From the NCBI GenBank assembly GCA_010909165.1, contig MU008196.1, positions 124,001 to 188,000 of the forward strand: 64,000 bases of DNA, read 5' to 3'. Origin of the DNA: Anthoceros angustus. Its lineage: Eukaryota; Plantae; Anthocerotophyta. Of the stretch, positions 62,021 to 64,000 are shown in pieces (the stretch's first letter is position 1; each line of letters starts with the position of its first letter). The notes beneath the pieces were generated by a model. The model made no database searches and had not been told where the DNA came from. It saw only the letters and a list, made by a program, of their open reading frames with translations. Both the position numbers and the translations under genes were made by a program.

Positions 62021-62853
62021 ACAAGGTGGACAATGAACCCATATCATGCATTGCAAAACTAGAGGGTAAGGTCCGGGAGAATGTGGACAAAATTTTTCAA
62101 GTGGGAAGTGTGAGCTACCCGAGCGAAGCATGTCGCAGCAGGAACAAGCAAAAAGAGCAAAGGTAAGCGGAAGGCAACTGACGAGACAAAACAAGTTGAT
62201 GGAGTTTTTGTGAAGCCCAAAGAGATGCAGGGGAAGCCGTGGCGAAGCTTTCAAGGAATCCCATCTTGAGAGTCAGGACAACAGATGTTGATAAGTGCTA
62301 CGGAGAAAGTACTGACTGGCCTCTTGGACCTGAACGGAATGTCGAAGGAAGTTACACTCCGGAAGAAATTTCACGTCATACAGGTGGCAATGGCTAAACA
62401 TCTGGCTTGTGACTCATTCGAAATGGTGAGACAAGAATACCCTCAACACTCCTCAGACGAAGTTATTGCAAGATTTCAAACCGCATTTGAGGGCAAGGTA
62501 ACCATATTTCCTTCCATTGCAAAGGCGATTGTGAGGGCGCCGGCCGCCTCTCATGGCCTTCCCTCACGCTAACCCATGATGTTTGCCATTCCATGCAAAG
62601 AAGTGAAAGATGTTGAGGACCTAAGAAATTACGATGATTTTCAAGCCTTTATTCTCGAGGTCCATACATGGAAGGGACTTGAAAATGAGCAAAGAGCGCT
62701 AGCAGATATGGACATGGAGGAAGGGCTTCAATCGTTCACAGTGCCTAAATAGAGGACATTGTCAAGTACCAGGTCATTTCCAGAGATGCAGCAGATATGA
62801 GGGGGTTTCTAAGGGTCTGCAAGTACACCCTGATAGTCATGGACGTACCCTGA

Positions 62854-63130
62854 CCCTACTAGAAAAGGGCAGTCATGTTACACTTTATGTTAAGATTTGG
62901 ACCCCCCTTTGTTGCAATTATGTTAAAATCTTGGGGTCTTGTTACACTTTTGGGACCCCTTGTTACAGTTAAGTTTGGAAACCAACCCTCCACCTTGTTA
63001 CAAATATGTTAGGTCTTGTTGCAATTATGTTGCAATGTAGTGAGAGGTGGTTTGTGTTCCCTCTCAAAATTTCAACATAATTGCAACAACCAAAGTGTTA
63101 CATCGTCTCTTGTTACAGTTTTGCAGGCTT
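62854..63130 (+). mobile_element. Second CCCTA-type terminus with dense TGTTACA/TGTTGCA repeats
   Basis: CCCTACTAGAAAAGGGC followed by many TGTT(A/G)CA-like motifs. Confidence 0.5.
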
Positions 63131-63554
63131 GGTACCGAACCTCCTCCCCATCTACCTTCCTCGTTTTACTACTATTACCCTATGGAGTACCTAGTTGTAC
63201 TTAGTAGTTCCCACCGATACTCGTATGAATATACATATATATAAATACATGTACGAATACATTTTTTTTGTAAAATATAAGTATTGTTCATGGTAACATA
63301 TACTATATGGTAATTTCTGGTGATATACGGTCATATTCTATTTTATATAAAATAAGCATATACATCACACGGATAACGTACATACTTTGTACACATTATG
63401 TACACGTCCACGATACGTTTACTAGTTTGTCCTTGAGCACTCAGTGCCTTTTGTGCCTACGAGTTTGTGCTACGCGGACCCATGTTTGCTATGCGCCGGC
63501 GTAGGGTTGTTTGGCTCCAAGTCCTCCCTCCTTCTCTCTCCCCCTAGACAACTG

Positions 63555-64000
63555 CCTCATGTCCATGAGAAATTCAATCTCTACAAGGTGCTTGGTTTGA
63601 TTGAGACGATGAAGGCCGAGAAGATGGCAGTACAAGCGAGAACAAGGTGGACAATGAGAACCCATATCATGCATTGCAAAACTAGAGGGTAAGGTGCGGG
63701 AGAATGTGGACAAAATTTTTTGAAGTGGGAAGCGGGTGAGCTACCCGAGCGAAGCATGTCGCGGAACAAGCAAAAGAGCAAAGGTAGCGGAAGGCAGGCA
63801 GCGAGACAAAACAAGTTGATGGAGTTTTGTGAAGCCCAAAGAGATGCGAGGAAGCCGTGGCGAAGCTTTCAAGGAATCCCATCGGAGAGTCGGGACAACA
63901 GATGTTGATAAGTGCTACGGAGAAATCTTGTGGCCTCTTGGACCGAACGGAATGTCGAAGTTACACTCGGAAGAAATTTCACGTCATTCGGTGGCAATGG
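63555..64000 (+). repeat. Diverged second copy of about 61930-62395 (part of the ParB-like gene), running off the window
   Basis: Colinear from catgtccatga..aaattcaatctctacaagg to ..gtggcaatgg. Confidence 0.85.

Larger units (their letters stand above)
58175..62800 (+). pseudogene. Degenerate gene divergent from the transposase: basic N-terminus, PWWP-like motif, acidic/repeat linker, ParB/Srx-like domain, helical C-terminus
   Basis: VVWATID..IIVWFYGE (~58395-58520). QIRKVDEAWANYLA..I..LPLL..VLGGNHTYAAMRHL..KAHVYCGLTALEMRILATDHN..MNFIER (~61385-61730). IQVAMAKHL..SFEMVRQEYPQH...IARF. Confidence 0.55.

Noticed and set aside
62570-62850. DNA methyltransferase domain after the ParB-like region
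   Set aside because: No DPPY/SPPY/NPPY or FxGxG motif was found in the frames I read.
63395-63430. Helitron 3' end (..CTAG)
   Set aside because: The upstream hairpin is weak and no Rep/helicase sequence was seen.
1-64000. tRNA or rRNA genes
   Set aside because: None recognised; only tRNA-complementary primer-binding sites of retroelements are present.

Overview
Eukaryotic plant nuclear DNA. The short GT-AG introns, dense gene spacing and transposon types suggest a non-seed land plant such as a hornwort (inference). A clean island at about 23.8-33.3 kb holds two intact spliced genes: a CLASSY-type SNF2 remodeller with an N-terminal SAWADEE domain (24762-29665) and an OXA2/ALB3-like YidC insertase with TPRs (29886-33016). 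Nested, degenerate transposons flank both sides. Left side: the 3' end of a Ty3/gypsy element whose integrase ends in a PHD finger; a CACTA element broken by an apparent ~13.7 kb internal inversion and by a full-length gypsy insertion; and a truncated LINE carrying a solo LTR. Right side: a CRE-like RT fragment and a Sola1-like (DUF7869-type) DDD transposase split by a ~5-7 kb LTR-like unit and by a complete copia element. A divergent degenerate gene with PWWP-like and ParB/Srx-like motifs lies beside the transposase, and this pair is the best candidate for an undescribed system. The repeat regions are rich in indels and local duplications, some probably assembly artefacts. All domain calls come from reading motifs by eye, not from database searches.
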